Part shown: positions 18,180-25,778 of the stretch, piece after piece
Position numbering within the stretch: position 1 is the first letter of the stretch
How the letters are laid out: every line of letters starts with the position of its first letter
DNA from: a virus
DNA length: 53,620 bases
IMG/VR virus record: IMGVR_UViG_3300045988_088394
Span: 1 to 53,620 of that record
Reading direction: 5' to 3' (one strand)
The notes under the pieces: generated by a model
What the model was told of the DNA's origin: nothing
The model's database searches: none
What the model saw: the letters and a program-made list of their open reading frames with translations, nothing else
Made by a program: the position numbers and the translations under genes

Positions 18180-19394
18180 CTACTTGTTAAATAAGTCCAT
18201 AGCCGTTTTTTTGGCTTTATCAGCTATATCAATATAAGGCTTCATGCTCTTGTAATCGGAGTGTCCAGTCCACTTCATAACGACATTGGGTGCAATTCCA
18301 AGCATTAGCGCATTGCATATAAATGTACGCCTTCCGCTGTGCGTTCCGACCATCTGCCATTTTTCTTTCGTTTCCTCTATTTTCTTTCCACCTATATAAT
18401 ATATATCTGTCAGTTTCTCGTTGATGCCGCATTGGCGGCACACCTCCTTGATATATACGTTCATTTTTTGGTTGGAGATGACAGGGAGAGCCTTGTCTGT
18501 ATCGTTGTCCGCATAACGCTGTAAGATTGTGCGAGAGTAGTTGTTAAGCTCTATTGTAATCTTGTCATTAGTCTTTTGCGTGGTTATGTGTATCGCGTCA
18601 TCGTATATGTCTGTCTTTCTAAGTGCGGCTGCATCGGAATAACGCAATGAAGTAAAACAGCAAAAGCAAAATATATCACGAGTGCGCGAAAGGTAAGGGT
18701 ACTCAAATGTGTGATTGTATACCTTCATCAGTTCCTCCCATGTAAGAAATACCACATTGCGGTTGGCACGCTTTAGGTGTGTTTTCTGTGCAGTAAAGGA
18801 GATGTCAGTTAATAAGCCCTTGGCCACAAGCCAGCGGAAGAACCACTTGGACATTGACAGCTTCTTCTTGGTCGTTTCGTTTTGGTGGCCGAGGTCTGTT
18901 TGGAATACTGCAAACCTGTCAAGTGTTTCGGGATTGATTCTTTCTATGCTCATATCGTCATCGAACATCTTCCATTCTTGCAGTAGCTTCCTGTGCTTGT
19001 ATATTACGCTCTTGCCCCAATGGCACAATTTGCCTTGTTCGTTGATATAGTCCTCGTACAAATCAAAGAAGCCTTCATTTTGTGCAGTTTTCTTTTCTCT
19101 CTTAAACTCCTTGTCAAGCGCAGCCTTGAAGTCCTCTGTTGTAGGCGACTCCTTGAATGAGTTGGCAACGGATTGTATTGTCTCCTCATACCTCTGTACC
19201 TCCGCATTTATCTTAATTGCAGGTGTAAAGCTCTTTCCGTGAGTTGTGTTGCGCTTGCACCGCTGCATGGCCATATCCCATTTGCTCTTGTCAACATGGA
19301 ACCCGAGCGAATAAGAGAATTTACGCTTGTTGTAAGTGATGAACACGCGGAGAGAGCCGCGCGCATCAACTGCAAATGTGTATACGTATTTCAT
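18180..19394 (-). CDS. int: Tyrosine recombinase / phage integrase (Bacteroidales type)
   Basis: 404 aa. The C-terminal catalytic region carries ..HSGRRTFICNALMLGI..VMKWTGHSDYKSMKPYIDI (R, H-x-x-R, H, Y pattern). The N-terminal region looks like an arm-binding/SAM-like domain. Confidence 0.85.
   Translation of the reverse strand: MKYVYTFAVDARGSLRVFITYNKRKFSYSLGFHVDKSKWDMAMQRCKRNTTHGKSFTPAIKINAEVQRYEETIQSVANSFKESPTTEDFKAALDKEFKREKKTAQNEGFFDLYEDYINEQGKLCHWGKSVIYKHRKLLQEWKMFDDDMSIERINPETLDRFAVFQTDLGHQNETTKKKLSMSKWFFRWLVAKGLLTDISFTAQKTHLKRANRNVVFLTWEELMKVYNHTFEYPYLSRTRDIFCFCCFTSLRYSDAAALRKTDIYDDAIHITTQKTNDKITIELNNYSRTILQRYADNDTDKALPVISNQKMNVYIKEVCRQCGINEKLTDIYYIGGKKIEETKEKWQMVGTHSGRRTFICNALMLGIAPNVVMKWTGHSDYKSMKPYIDIADKAKKTAMDLFNK
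19357..19394 (-). repeat. 38-bp direct repeat, copy A (true 5' end of int)
   Basis: CCGCGCGCATCAACTGCAAATGTGTATACGTATTTCAT. 37 of 38 nt match 20299..20336. Confidence 0.9.
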
Positions 19395-20266
19395 TTGTTC
19401 TCCTCTTTGTCATTCTTCAATATTGCATTCTGTTCAAGCATTCTGAAATCTTCCTCCGTGTTAGTATCCTTCAATACTTTAAGCTGCTCTTTTGCCATCT
19501 TGTGTAAGATTTGCATTCTCGTTTCTCGTTGCAGTTCCTGCTTTAATAATTCGGAGTTCATACTTTCAATATTTGATAACACAACCAGCTGATTTATTGT
19601 GGCTGTATCACGTAGATTAAGCCCTTTCTTTGCCAATTCTGGATTTGCGGTGCGCCAATCTTCTGCTGTACACCCAAACAATATAATATTGAGCATATCG
19701 GCCTCGGACGCATATATCAAACGTTCTTTGTATTTTGAGATGTTGTACTTCGGTATAAGCGACTTGATTGCATTTGTATGAATAGAATAGTTCGTTTTTG
19801 CAAGCAATCGTTTAACGTTCCATTTTTCAAGCAACGGATTGCTTTCTTTCTCTCGAAGTCTCTGGTATTCTTGTACAATATATAATTGGAAAATAGGACT
19901 TATCCACATTCCAAAATTAAACGCAATGTCCTTATGTGCGTATGTACCTCCGTATCTTCCAGCTTTAGCAAAAATGCCAATAGCGTTAGTCTTATTGCAC
20001 AATTCTTTTACACTTATTTTGAAATTGTTTAATCCAGCCTTTGATTTAATTATGGCGAATTCGCCATAATTAAAATTGGGGTTGTGTAGTTGCTCCCATG
20101 CTCCTATATATTCAAGTGTGTTTCTATTGCGAAGCCAATCAGTAACAAAGAAATCTCCTTCTTTTGACCTTATCATATCTGTAATACAAATGTAGTCATT
20201 ATCACGTTCCTGTAACATCACAGAGATTTCATTCCCTTGTACTACTATTTTTCTTGTTTTAGTCAT
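19391..20266 (-). CDS. KilA-N domain protein (candidate antirepressor)
   Basis: From ATG 20266: MTKTRKIVVQGNEISVMLQERDNDYICITDMIR..GGTYAHKDIAFNFGMWISPIF, typical of a KilA-N domain. Its stop overlaps the int start (ATGA). Confidence 0.75.
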   Translation of the reverse strand: MTKTRKIVVQGNEISVMLQERDNDYICITDMIRSKEGDFFVTDWLRNRNTLEYIGAWEQLHNPNFNYGEFAIIKSKAGLNNFKISVKELCNKTNAIGIFAKAGRYGGTYAHKDIAFNFGMWISPIFQLYIVQEYQRLREKESNPLLEKWNVKRLLAKTNYSIHTNAIKSLIPKYNISKYKERLIYASEADMLNIILFGCTAEDWRTANPELAKKGLNLRDTATINQLVVLSNIESMNSELLKQELQRETRMQILHKMAKEQLKVLKDTNTEEDFRMLEQNAILKNDKEENK

Positions 20267-20298
20267 AATCGTTTTTTGTTTATGTAATTTACAATGTA

Positions 20299-20336
20299 CC
20301 GCGCGCATCAACTGCAAAGGTGTATACGTATTTCAT
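20299..20336 (-). repeat. 38-bp direct repeat, copy B (orphan int 5' end upstream of the KilA-N gene)
   Basis: It encodes MKYVYTFAVDARG followed by TL-stop. One mismatch to copy A. Confidence 0.9.
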
Positions 20337-20360
20337 AACTTTATTATCTATGCTCGTGTT

Positions 20361-20394
20361 CTTGTAGCCCTACTGATTTCAGTAGGGCTACAAG
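20361..20394. terminator. Perfect 34-bp palindrome/hairpin between the repressor and the KilA-N/int unit
   Basis: CTTGTAGCCCTACTGA tt TCAGTAGGGCTACAAG. Confidence 0.5.
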
Positions 20395-20413
20395 TAAAAA
20401 TCTATTGCAGTTC

Positions 20414-21190
20414 TCAATCTCCGAACTTCATCGAATAGACCACTCTGTACAGCCTTATGACTTTTGATTTCGGCACATTTTGATTCTCGAATACGCTGTC
20501 TTCGTTAATCCTCCTGCACTCGTAGTAATCTCCTCGGTCGTATATCCGTCTGAACAAGAACCCGAAATCACTTGTATCAACGACCATTGCAGCACCTTGC
20601 ACAATGTCCGAATTGCTTTTCATGTGTTCAAGTGCGAGGACTTCTCCGAGTTTGTATTCGGGCTGCATCGCGTCTTGCCGAATTGTATAGTAGAAGTCAA
20701 TAGATGTGTAGGGCGGTATAGTTGGAATGTATTGCAGTTTCAGCGTCTTGTCCTCCTTAATCGCAGAATACACGTCTGTATCAGGCTGTGTGGCGAGCTG
20801 CTTCGTAACGACTGGCTTATATATGATTTCTTTGTGCTTATCGTTTTCATTTTTCTCTCGCGTGCGCGTGCGCGCGTTCGTAATAGTCATATTGTTGTTT
20901 TCGCTGGCGTTATCTCCATAGGTGTTGTTTCTCGCTATGTTGGTTGTAGATTGGTCGCGAAGCATCTCGCCTTCTCCAGTTAGGAGCCAGTCTGTATCGA
21001 ATTTTTCAGAAAAAGCGGCATTAAATCTAATAAGGAATCTGTCAGTAAGAACCTTTTCGACTCCTTTCAGCGCACTGCATACATTCGATTGTGATGCGCC
21101 TATTTTATCTGCTAAGTCCTTCTGCGTGTGAATAGCACCTATACTTCTTAGATAGTCAAATGCTGACTTAAATCTTTGTTGCTTGTTCAT
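20414..21190 (-). CDS. cI-like repressor: N-terminal HTH plus an S24 peptidase-like C-terminal domain
   Basis: HTH at HTQKDLADKIGASQSNVCSALKG. The C-terminal fold-like pattern is RQDAMQPEYKLGEVLAL..GFLFRRI..RLYRVVY. It is divergent from the early operon. Confidence 0.7.
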   Translation of the reverse strand: MNKQQRFKSAFDYLRSIGAIHTQKDLADKIGASQSNVCSALKGVEKVLTDRFLIRFNAAFSEKFDTDWLLTGEGEMLRDQSTTNIARNNTYGDNASENNNMTITNARTRTREKNENDKHKEIIYKPVVTKQLATQPDTDVYSAIKEDKTLKLQYIPTIPPYTSIDFYYTIRQDAMQPEYKLGEVLALEHMKSNSDIVQGAAMVVDTSDFGFLFRRIYDRGDYYECRRINEDSVFENQNVPKSKVIRLYRVVYSMKFGD

Positions 21191-21275
21191 TGTTTGTATA
21201 AGAAGAATTATTATTAAAACATACTAAAATAGAAACTATTCTTGTTATTTTCTTGTTTGTAAGAATTTTTCTTTT

Positions 21276-21313
21276 TATCTTTGCAACGCAAATAAGAAAT
21301 AAAGTAACAAACA
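21276..21313 (+). promoter_or_regulatory. Conserved promoter-leader cassette, copy 2 (early operon, divergent from the repressor)
   Basis: TATCTTTGCAACGCAAATAAGAAATAAAGTAACAAACA. Its TAnnTTTG box starts 65 nt upstream of ATG 21341, and the cassette ends 27 nt before that ATG. Confidence 0.6.
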
Positions 21314-21340
21314 TTGCAAATATAACAAATATAAATAACA

Positions 21341-21727
21341 ATGAAAACAATATACAAGAAAGATATAAAGGCCATGGTAAAAAAATTCGGCCTTGACGAG
21401 TTCGAAGCTCGCGAGGTTGAGATAATGGCCGAGAGCATCAACGAAGAAAAAGGAGAAATATGCGATGCTATTCAATCGCCCCTCCTCTACGGAACTTCTT
21501 GTAAAACTGAAATGAGTGCTGTTAGCGCGCTCATCGTTTACTTCGGGAAGAAAGTAAACGAAGAAAACAAGTTGCAAGAAACAACTTGGAAGCTTGCAAA
21601 ACTTCTAAAATGTAGCTCTTACCACTTACAACAGTGGTTCAAGGGGTTCGCTTGCAACAAGAACCGTTTTGGACAGTTTGTAGAATGTTCTGACACATAC
21701 GGACTTAATTATTTGGAAATCGCATAA
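21341..21727 (+). CDS. Early protein, function unknown
   Basis: 128 aa. First gene downstream of the promoter cassette that is divergent from the repressor. Confidence 0.55.
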   Translation: MKTIYKKDIKAMVKKFGLDEFEAREVEIMAESINEEKGEICDAIQSPLLYGTSCKTEMSAVSALIVYFGKKVNEENKLQETTWKLAKLLKCSSYHLQQWFKGFACNKNRFGQFVECSDTYGLNYLEIA

Positions 21728-21823
21728 GAATTGCCCATGAGTGCAAAGTGTTGCATTTAACTCGCCAACTCAAAAGTCAAGCAGCCAAGGCGAGGGGCTG
21801 GCAGCTCGGAAAGACGGGCAAAC

Positions 21824-21966
21824 GCAGGTGATAGGCCGTTAATCGGATAGACGGCAGAAGATAGTACATTGAACTCGCTACCATTACGATGCTGGATAGC
21901 CCTTTGTAGCGCGTTCGGTCTTGCGAAACGTTAGGACATTAGCTGGTTCGACTCCAGCCGCCTGCA
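21824..21966 (+). ncRNA. tmRNA-like / tRNA-like structured RNA candidate (143 nt)
   Basis: 7-bp acceptor pairing between GCAGGTG (21824-30) and CGCCTGC (21959-65). T-arm GCTGG-TTCGACT-CCAGC at 21942-58, with an unpaired A at 21966. GGAC at 21934-37 and GGATAGACGG at 21845-54 resemble the tmRNA tRNA-like domain. It lies in a 270-nt ORF-free gap. Confidence 0.4.
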
Positions 21967-21999
21967 CTGAAACTAATATACAACTAAAAGAATAAAGGT

Positions 22000-22209
22000 A
22001 TGACAGACATCTTAATGACAGAGAACGAGAAACGCAGATACGAACGTCAAAAGCGTGTAGTATGCTCGTTCTTGGAGCTAAAACAAAAATACCCGACAGC
22101 CGCAAAATGGCGACTTATGCAGGTAATATCTAAAAATGAGAACATCTCGACTCAAGCAGTAAGAAATATGCTGCTTAAAAAAGGAATTGTAACTAAAAGA
22201 ATACGATGA
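22000..22209 (+). CDS. Small basic early protein
   Basis: 69-aa ORF in tight packing. Confidence 0.5.
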   Translation: MTDILMTENEKRRYERQKRVVCSFLELKQKYPTAAKWRLMQVISKNENISTQAVRNMLLKKGIVTKRIR

Positions 22210-22433
22210 TGAAGTGGTTGTGTTTCTCCTTAATAGTCGTACTTGATTTCGTTGCTTGTGCAATGATGTGCGTATCAACTGGACACGGTTGCATAACGCT
22301 GTACGACATGATACCATTCTGCGGCATCTCACTTTTTATTGCGACCGCAATTATTGCCGTGTGCATATACAGGGCTGGAATGTTTCCTGATTGCGTGCAA
22401 ACACTCATAAAGTTATCACTCGAAGATTGCTAA
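22206..22433 (+). CDS. Small membrane protein (two TM)
   Basis: ATGA overlap with the previous gene. Two hydrophobic helices. Confidence 0.5.
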   Translation: MMKWLCFSLIVVLDFVACAMMCVSTGHGCITLYDMIPFCGISLFIATAIIAVCIYRAGMFPDCVQTLIKLSLEDC

Positions 22434-22434
22434 T

Positions 22435-22650
22435 ATGGACACGAAACAGACTGGCAAGATAAAAGCCATAGAGCGCAAGGCTTACGAATTATACAAAGAA
22501 ATAGATGCTCTCGTAGACCAGCTGCAAAGAGAAAAGGTAGGCTGGGAAGAAATTGAAGAGCTAAAGTCAGCGCGTGACACATCTTGTGATGTAGTTGACG
22601 CCCTTCAATATGTTAGAGAGGAGTTTGGCAGTAATGATTACGAACCATGA
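22435..22650 (+). CDS. Hypothetical early protein
   Basis: 71-aa charged helical ORF. Confidence 0.5.
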   Translation: MDTKQTGKIKAIERKAYELYKEIDALVDQLQREKVGWEEIEELKSARDTSCDVVDALQYVREEFGSNDYEP

Positions 22651-22820
22651 CAGAAAAGGACAAAGAGCTGATTCGGAGAGCGAAGTCGTACACTTACCTT
22701 GACAGCATAAAGGTGTTCGACATGGCAAAAGAAGCAGATACGGAAGAAGCGAGGAAAGAATTAAAACTGATTGGTTCAACGCTGTATCACGAGGAAGAGT
22801 GGCACGCTGGGCTATTATAA
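22647..22820 (+). CDS. Small hypothetical protein (57 aa)
   Basis: ATGA overlap at 22647-22650. Hand-translated: MTEKDKELIRRAKSYTYLDSIKVF... Confidence 0.35.
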   Translation: MTEKDKELIRRAKSYTYLDSIKVFDMAKEADTEEARKELKLIGSTLYHEEEWHAGLL

Positions 22821-22844
22821 CAACACATAACAACACCTAAAACA

Positions 22845-23630
22845 ATGGAACAAAACAAGAACAATGCGGTTGTAACGATGACACCGCAAGAACAAGAAAT
22901 TCAGTTGCTTAGAATTAAGCAAGACACGGAGTTTGCAGCAACTCCAGTCGGACAACAGGTTAAGCAGTTTGAAGCTACTCAGAGGATAGCAAGACTCTAT
23001 GCGATGTCTAATTTCATTCCTGACTCATACAGGTTCAAGGGCCGCGAGCCACTACCAGCAGAGGCAGTTATCGCAAATTGCACAATCGCACTGGAGATGG
23101 CAACACGTATGCAAGCCAATCCACTGATGGTGATGCAGAACTTGTACATAGTGCATGGCCAACCAGCATTCAGCAGCAAGTTCCTTATCGCTTGCATCAA
23201 TGCAAGCAAACGGTTCTCCGCTCTACGATATGAGTTCCGAGGCACAGAAGGCACAGATGATTATGCTTGCCGAGTTGTAGCCTACGAGGTAACCGACACT
23301 AAACACAAAGAACCGCTTTGTGGAGACTGGATAAGCATGAAAATGGCGAAGGCAGAAGGCTGGGCATCTAAGAACGGTAGCAAATGGCTGACGATGCCCA
23401 ATCAGATGCTAAGATACAGAGCTGCCGCATTCTGGCAGCGCACCTACTGCCCAGAAATCAGCATGGGGCTGATAACTGCAGAGGAAGCGCAAGACATTAA
23501 GTATACCTCTTATGAGGAGGTAGGAAAGCGAACAGCAGACGCAACCGAGCTGTCAATTTCGGCAATAGCAGAACAGGCAGCAGAACAGGTAGAAGATGCT
23601 GAGGAAAACGTAGAACTGCAAACAGAATAA
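22845..23630 (+). CDS. recT: RecT-family single-strand annealing recombinase
   Basis: 261 aa with ..NPLMVMQNLYIVHGQPAFSSKFLIACINASKRF.. and ..WLTMPNQMLRYRAAAFW.., typical of RecT. It is paired with the following exonuclease. Confidence 0.8.
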   Translation: MEQNKNNAVVTMTPQEQEIQLLRIKQDTEFAATPVGQQVKQFEATQRIARLYAMSNFIPDSYRFKGREPLPAEAVIANCTIALEMATRMQANPLMVMQNLYIVHGQPAFSSKFLIACINASKRFSALRYEFRGTEGTDDYACRVVAYEVTDTKHKEPLCGDWISMKMAKAEGWASKNGSKWLTMPNQMLRYRAAAFWQRTYCPEISMGLITAEEAQDIKYTSYEEVGKRTADATELSISAIAEQAAEQVEDAEENVELQTE

Positions 23631-23633
23631 GCC

Positions 23634-24380
23634 ATGTATGACAATAATAATCAGAATACACTTGACTGGTTTCGCTCAAGGCTGGGCAATATAACGGGAA
23701 GTGCGGTTGGCAACCTTATGGGCAAGCCGAGAACAAAAGGCGAAGAATGGACAGGAACTGCACAAACGTACATGAACAAGCTCGCATTCGAGAGAGGCAT
23801 GAACCCAATCATAGTTGGAAATGACATACTCTTCTCCAAGTACGTTGAACTGACTGACAGCCATTCACGTATAACGGACTGGGGGCATTCGATGGAGGGC
23901 GAAGCCGCACACCTTTTCGCTAAGACATACAATAAGAAGTATGGCGATGGCTCTAACACACCGATTGAGTTAGACGAGCCACCATCAGTAAAGAGCGAGA
24001 GTCTGCCGAACTTCGCAAGCTCGCCTGATAGAATGTACTACGACAACGAAGCAAAAGCCTTCTACGCGATTGAGATTAAATGCCCTTTGGCGCAAAACTT
24101 CATCAAGTTCGTCAAGAATGTATTCACGCAAGACACTTACGAGGAAAAACTTGCTGGACTTAAGAAAGTAGAAGCGAACTACTACTGGCAGTGCTTCGCT
24201 CACATGGCTGTCACAGGAGCGATTAAAACGTACTTCGTAGTGTACAACCCATTCATGCGAAAGCCATTGTATTCGCTCGAGATTGTGCGTGACGAGGACG
24301 TTATACGAGAGCTGAATGACAAGGTAATAGAAGCGGATAAATACGTCTGCAGCCTCGTAAGTAAAATGAATGCAAACTAA
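23634..24380 (+). CDS. YqaJ-type (lambda Exo-like) recombination exonuclease
   Basis: N-terminal WFRSRLGNITGSAVGNLMG and an EIKCP motif. It is adjacent to recT. Confidence 0.75.
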   Translation: MYDNNNQNTLDWFRSRLGNITGSAVGNLMGKPRTKGEEWTGTAQTYMNKLAFERGMNPIIVGNDILFSKYVELTDSHSRITDWGHSMEGEAAHLFAKTYNKKYGDGSNTPIELDEPPSVKSESLPNFASSPDRMYYDNEAKAFYAIEIKCPLAQNFIKFVKNVFTQDTYEEKLAGLKKVEANYYWQCFAHMAVTGAIKTYFVVYNPFMRKPLYSLEIVRDEDVIRELNDKVIEADKYVCSLVSKMNAN

Positions 24381-24393
24381 TAATCAATGAGCC

Positions 24394-24648
24394 ATGACAC
24401 AGACATTCGTCACAATACCACTGGAGGACTGGCAGCGTGTCGTATCTATACTTGAACGAGTTGAAGAACGCCTTAAGCCACAAGACGAGTGGATAGGGAC
24501 AAAGGAAGCTTGTAAGATGCTCGGTATAACTCCGAATACATGGGTGAGTTACCGCAAGAAATTCAACATACAGTGTTCTCAGGTTGGGCGCAATGTACTG
24601 GTCATGCGCTCGCAGATTGAGAACTTGTTAAAACAGCGTGAACTATGA
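24394..24648 (+). CDS. Excisionase/MerR-like helix-turn-helix protein
   Basis: 84 aa. EWIGTKEACKMLGITPNTWVSYRKKF resembles an excisionase-type HTH. Confidence 0.5.
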   Translation: MTQTFVTIPLEDWQRVVSILERVEERLKPQDEWIGTKEACKMLGITPNTWVSYRKKFNIQCSQVGRNVLVMRSQIENLLKQREL

Positions 24649-24887
24649 TGTATATAGACAATATAATACACGCGTTCGAAAAGCGCAGAAAGCGCAATAT
24701 AGAGCGCATTAACGACCACCTGTGCAAGCAATTAGCAGAGAGGGTGCAAGTCAAGGAGTATGACAACAAGATGTATGTTGCGATAGATGGCACGCCTATG
24801 ATTGACGCTGCAAGTCTTAACGTTGACATAATTACAGCCCTGCAATCTATCAGGGCAACAATCTCACGCTATAATATCGGGCAATGA
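24645..24887 (+). CDS. Hypothetical early protein
   Basis: 80-aa ORF with ATGA overlaps on both sides. Confidence 0.5.
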   Translation: MMYIDNIIHAFEKRRKRNIERINDHLCKQLAERVQVKEYDNKMYVAIDGTPMIDAASLNVDIITALQSIRATISRYNIGQ

Positions 24888-25774
24888 AGAAAACGTATTA
24901 CTTTCAACATGACTACAATGCGAGGAACGACCCAAAACTGCAAGCATTGATTGTTGAGATGGGCGTAGCTGGAATTGGTATTTACTGGTGTCTTGTTGAG
25001 ATGCTTTATGAGCAAGACGGTGAGATGCCGATGAGTTCTATCAAGAGTATAGCATACAACCTTCATGTAAAGCAAAAGACAGTCGAACGCGTGATAAAAG
25101 ATTTCGGTTTGTTCGATTATGATGACGATAAGGCTGAAAATGTTGAGAAAAGTCCGAAAATGTTTAGAAATAAATCGGTTTTGAAAAGATTGAACCGAAT
25201 AATTGATATTTCAGAAAAACGAAAACGGGCAATCGAAACGCGCTGGAAATCAAAGAAAAACAACGAAAGCAACGAATACAAATGTAATACAAATGAATGC
25301 GATAATGATACAAATGAAGTACAAAAGGAATACAAGAGTAATACACCCATAATAAAAGAAAATGATATAAAAGAAAATGATATAAAAGATATTACACACA
25401 CATCATGCGCGCGTAGCGCGCGAGAGGAGGAACTTTTTCAGGAATTTGGGCAAATGCAAAGTGCATGGGAGGAAATTGCGATGAAGTTCGGCAAGGATAT
25501 TCCATCACTTAAGAAAATACTGCAAGACTTCATTCTGGAGTGCAGAGCAAAAGGAACTGCACATAGCAGCATATCAGACCTACGGTGTCATTTCGTGGAC
25601 TGGGCGAGAATTCAAATACAACAACAAGAAAAGCAGAAACAACAAAATGAACGAAGATACAAGACTGCCTCAGAGCGTAAGCGAGAAGCAAACGATATTG
25701 CAATTAAGCGATGTCAAGCTTCAATCTATGAGCGTCTCACGAATGTGGGCGGAGAAGAACAGCTGCCTATCTAA
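24884..25774 (+). CDS. DUF4373 (Lin1244/Lin1753-like) replication-associated protein
   Basis: The N-terminus MKKTYYFQHDYNARNDPKLQALIVEMGVAGIGIYWCLVEMLYEQDG fits the DUF4373 pattern. Confidence 0.65.
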   Translation: MKKTYYFQHDYNARNDPKLQALIVEMGVAGIGIYWCLVEMLYEQDGEMPMSSIKSIAYNLHVKQKTVERVIKDFGLFDYDDDKAENVEKSPKMFRNKSVLKRLNRIIDISEKRKRAIETRWKSKKNNESNEYKCNTNECDNDTNEVQKEYKSNTPIIKENDIKENDIKDITHTSCARSAREEELFQEFGQMQSAWEEIAMKFGKDIPSLKKILQDFILECRAKGTAHSSISDLRCHFVDWARIQIQQQEKQKQQNERRYKTASERKREANDIAIKRCQASIYERLTNVGGEEQLPI

Positions 25775-25778
25775 GTTG

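Noticed and set aside
21794-21800. GGGGCTG as the true 5' acceptor strand of the tmRNA-like RNA
   Set aside because: Its only possible 3' partner, CAGCCGC, would consume the 3' strand of the T-arm (CCAGC) and would contain a G-G mismatch. GCAGGTG/CGCCTGC is the consistent pairing. The upstream motif is noted only as a duplicated 5' element.
21824-21966. Canonical tRNA, or tRNA with an intron
   Set aside because: The acceptor stem and T-arm are good. However, the span is 143 nt, there are 4 nt rather than 2 between the acceptor and the first stem, and no 5-bp/7-nt anticodon arm can be placed. The sequence 5' of the variable position (TAGGA) has no TCCTA partner. I therefore report it as tmRNA-like/tRNA-like and not as a tRNA.
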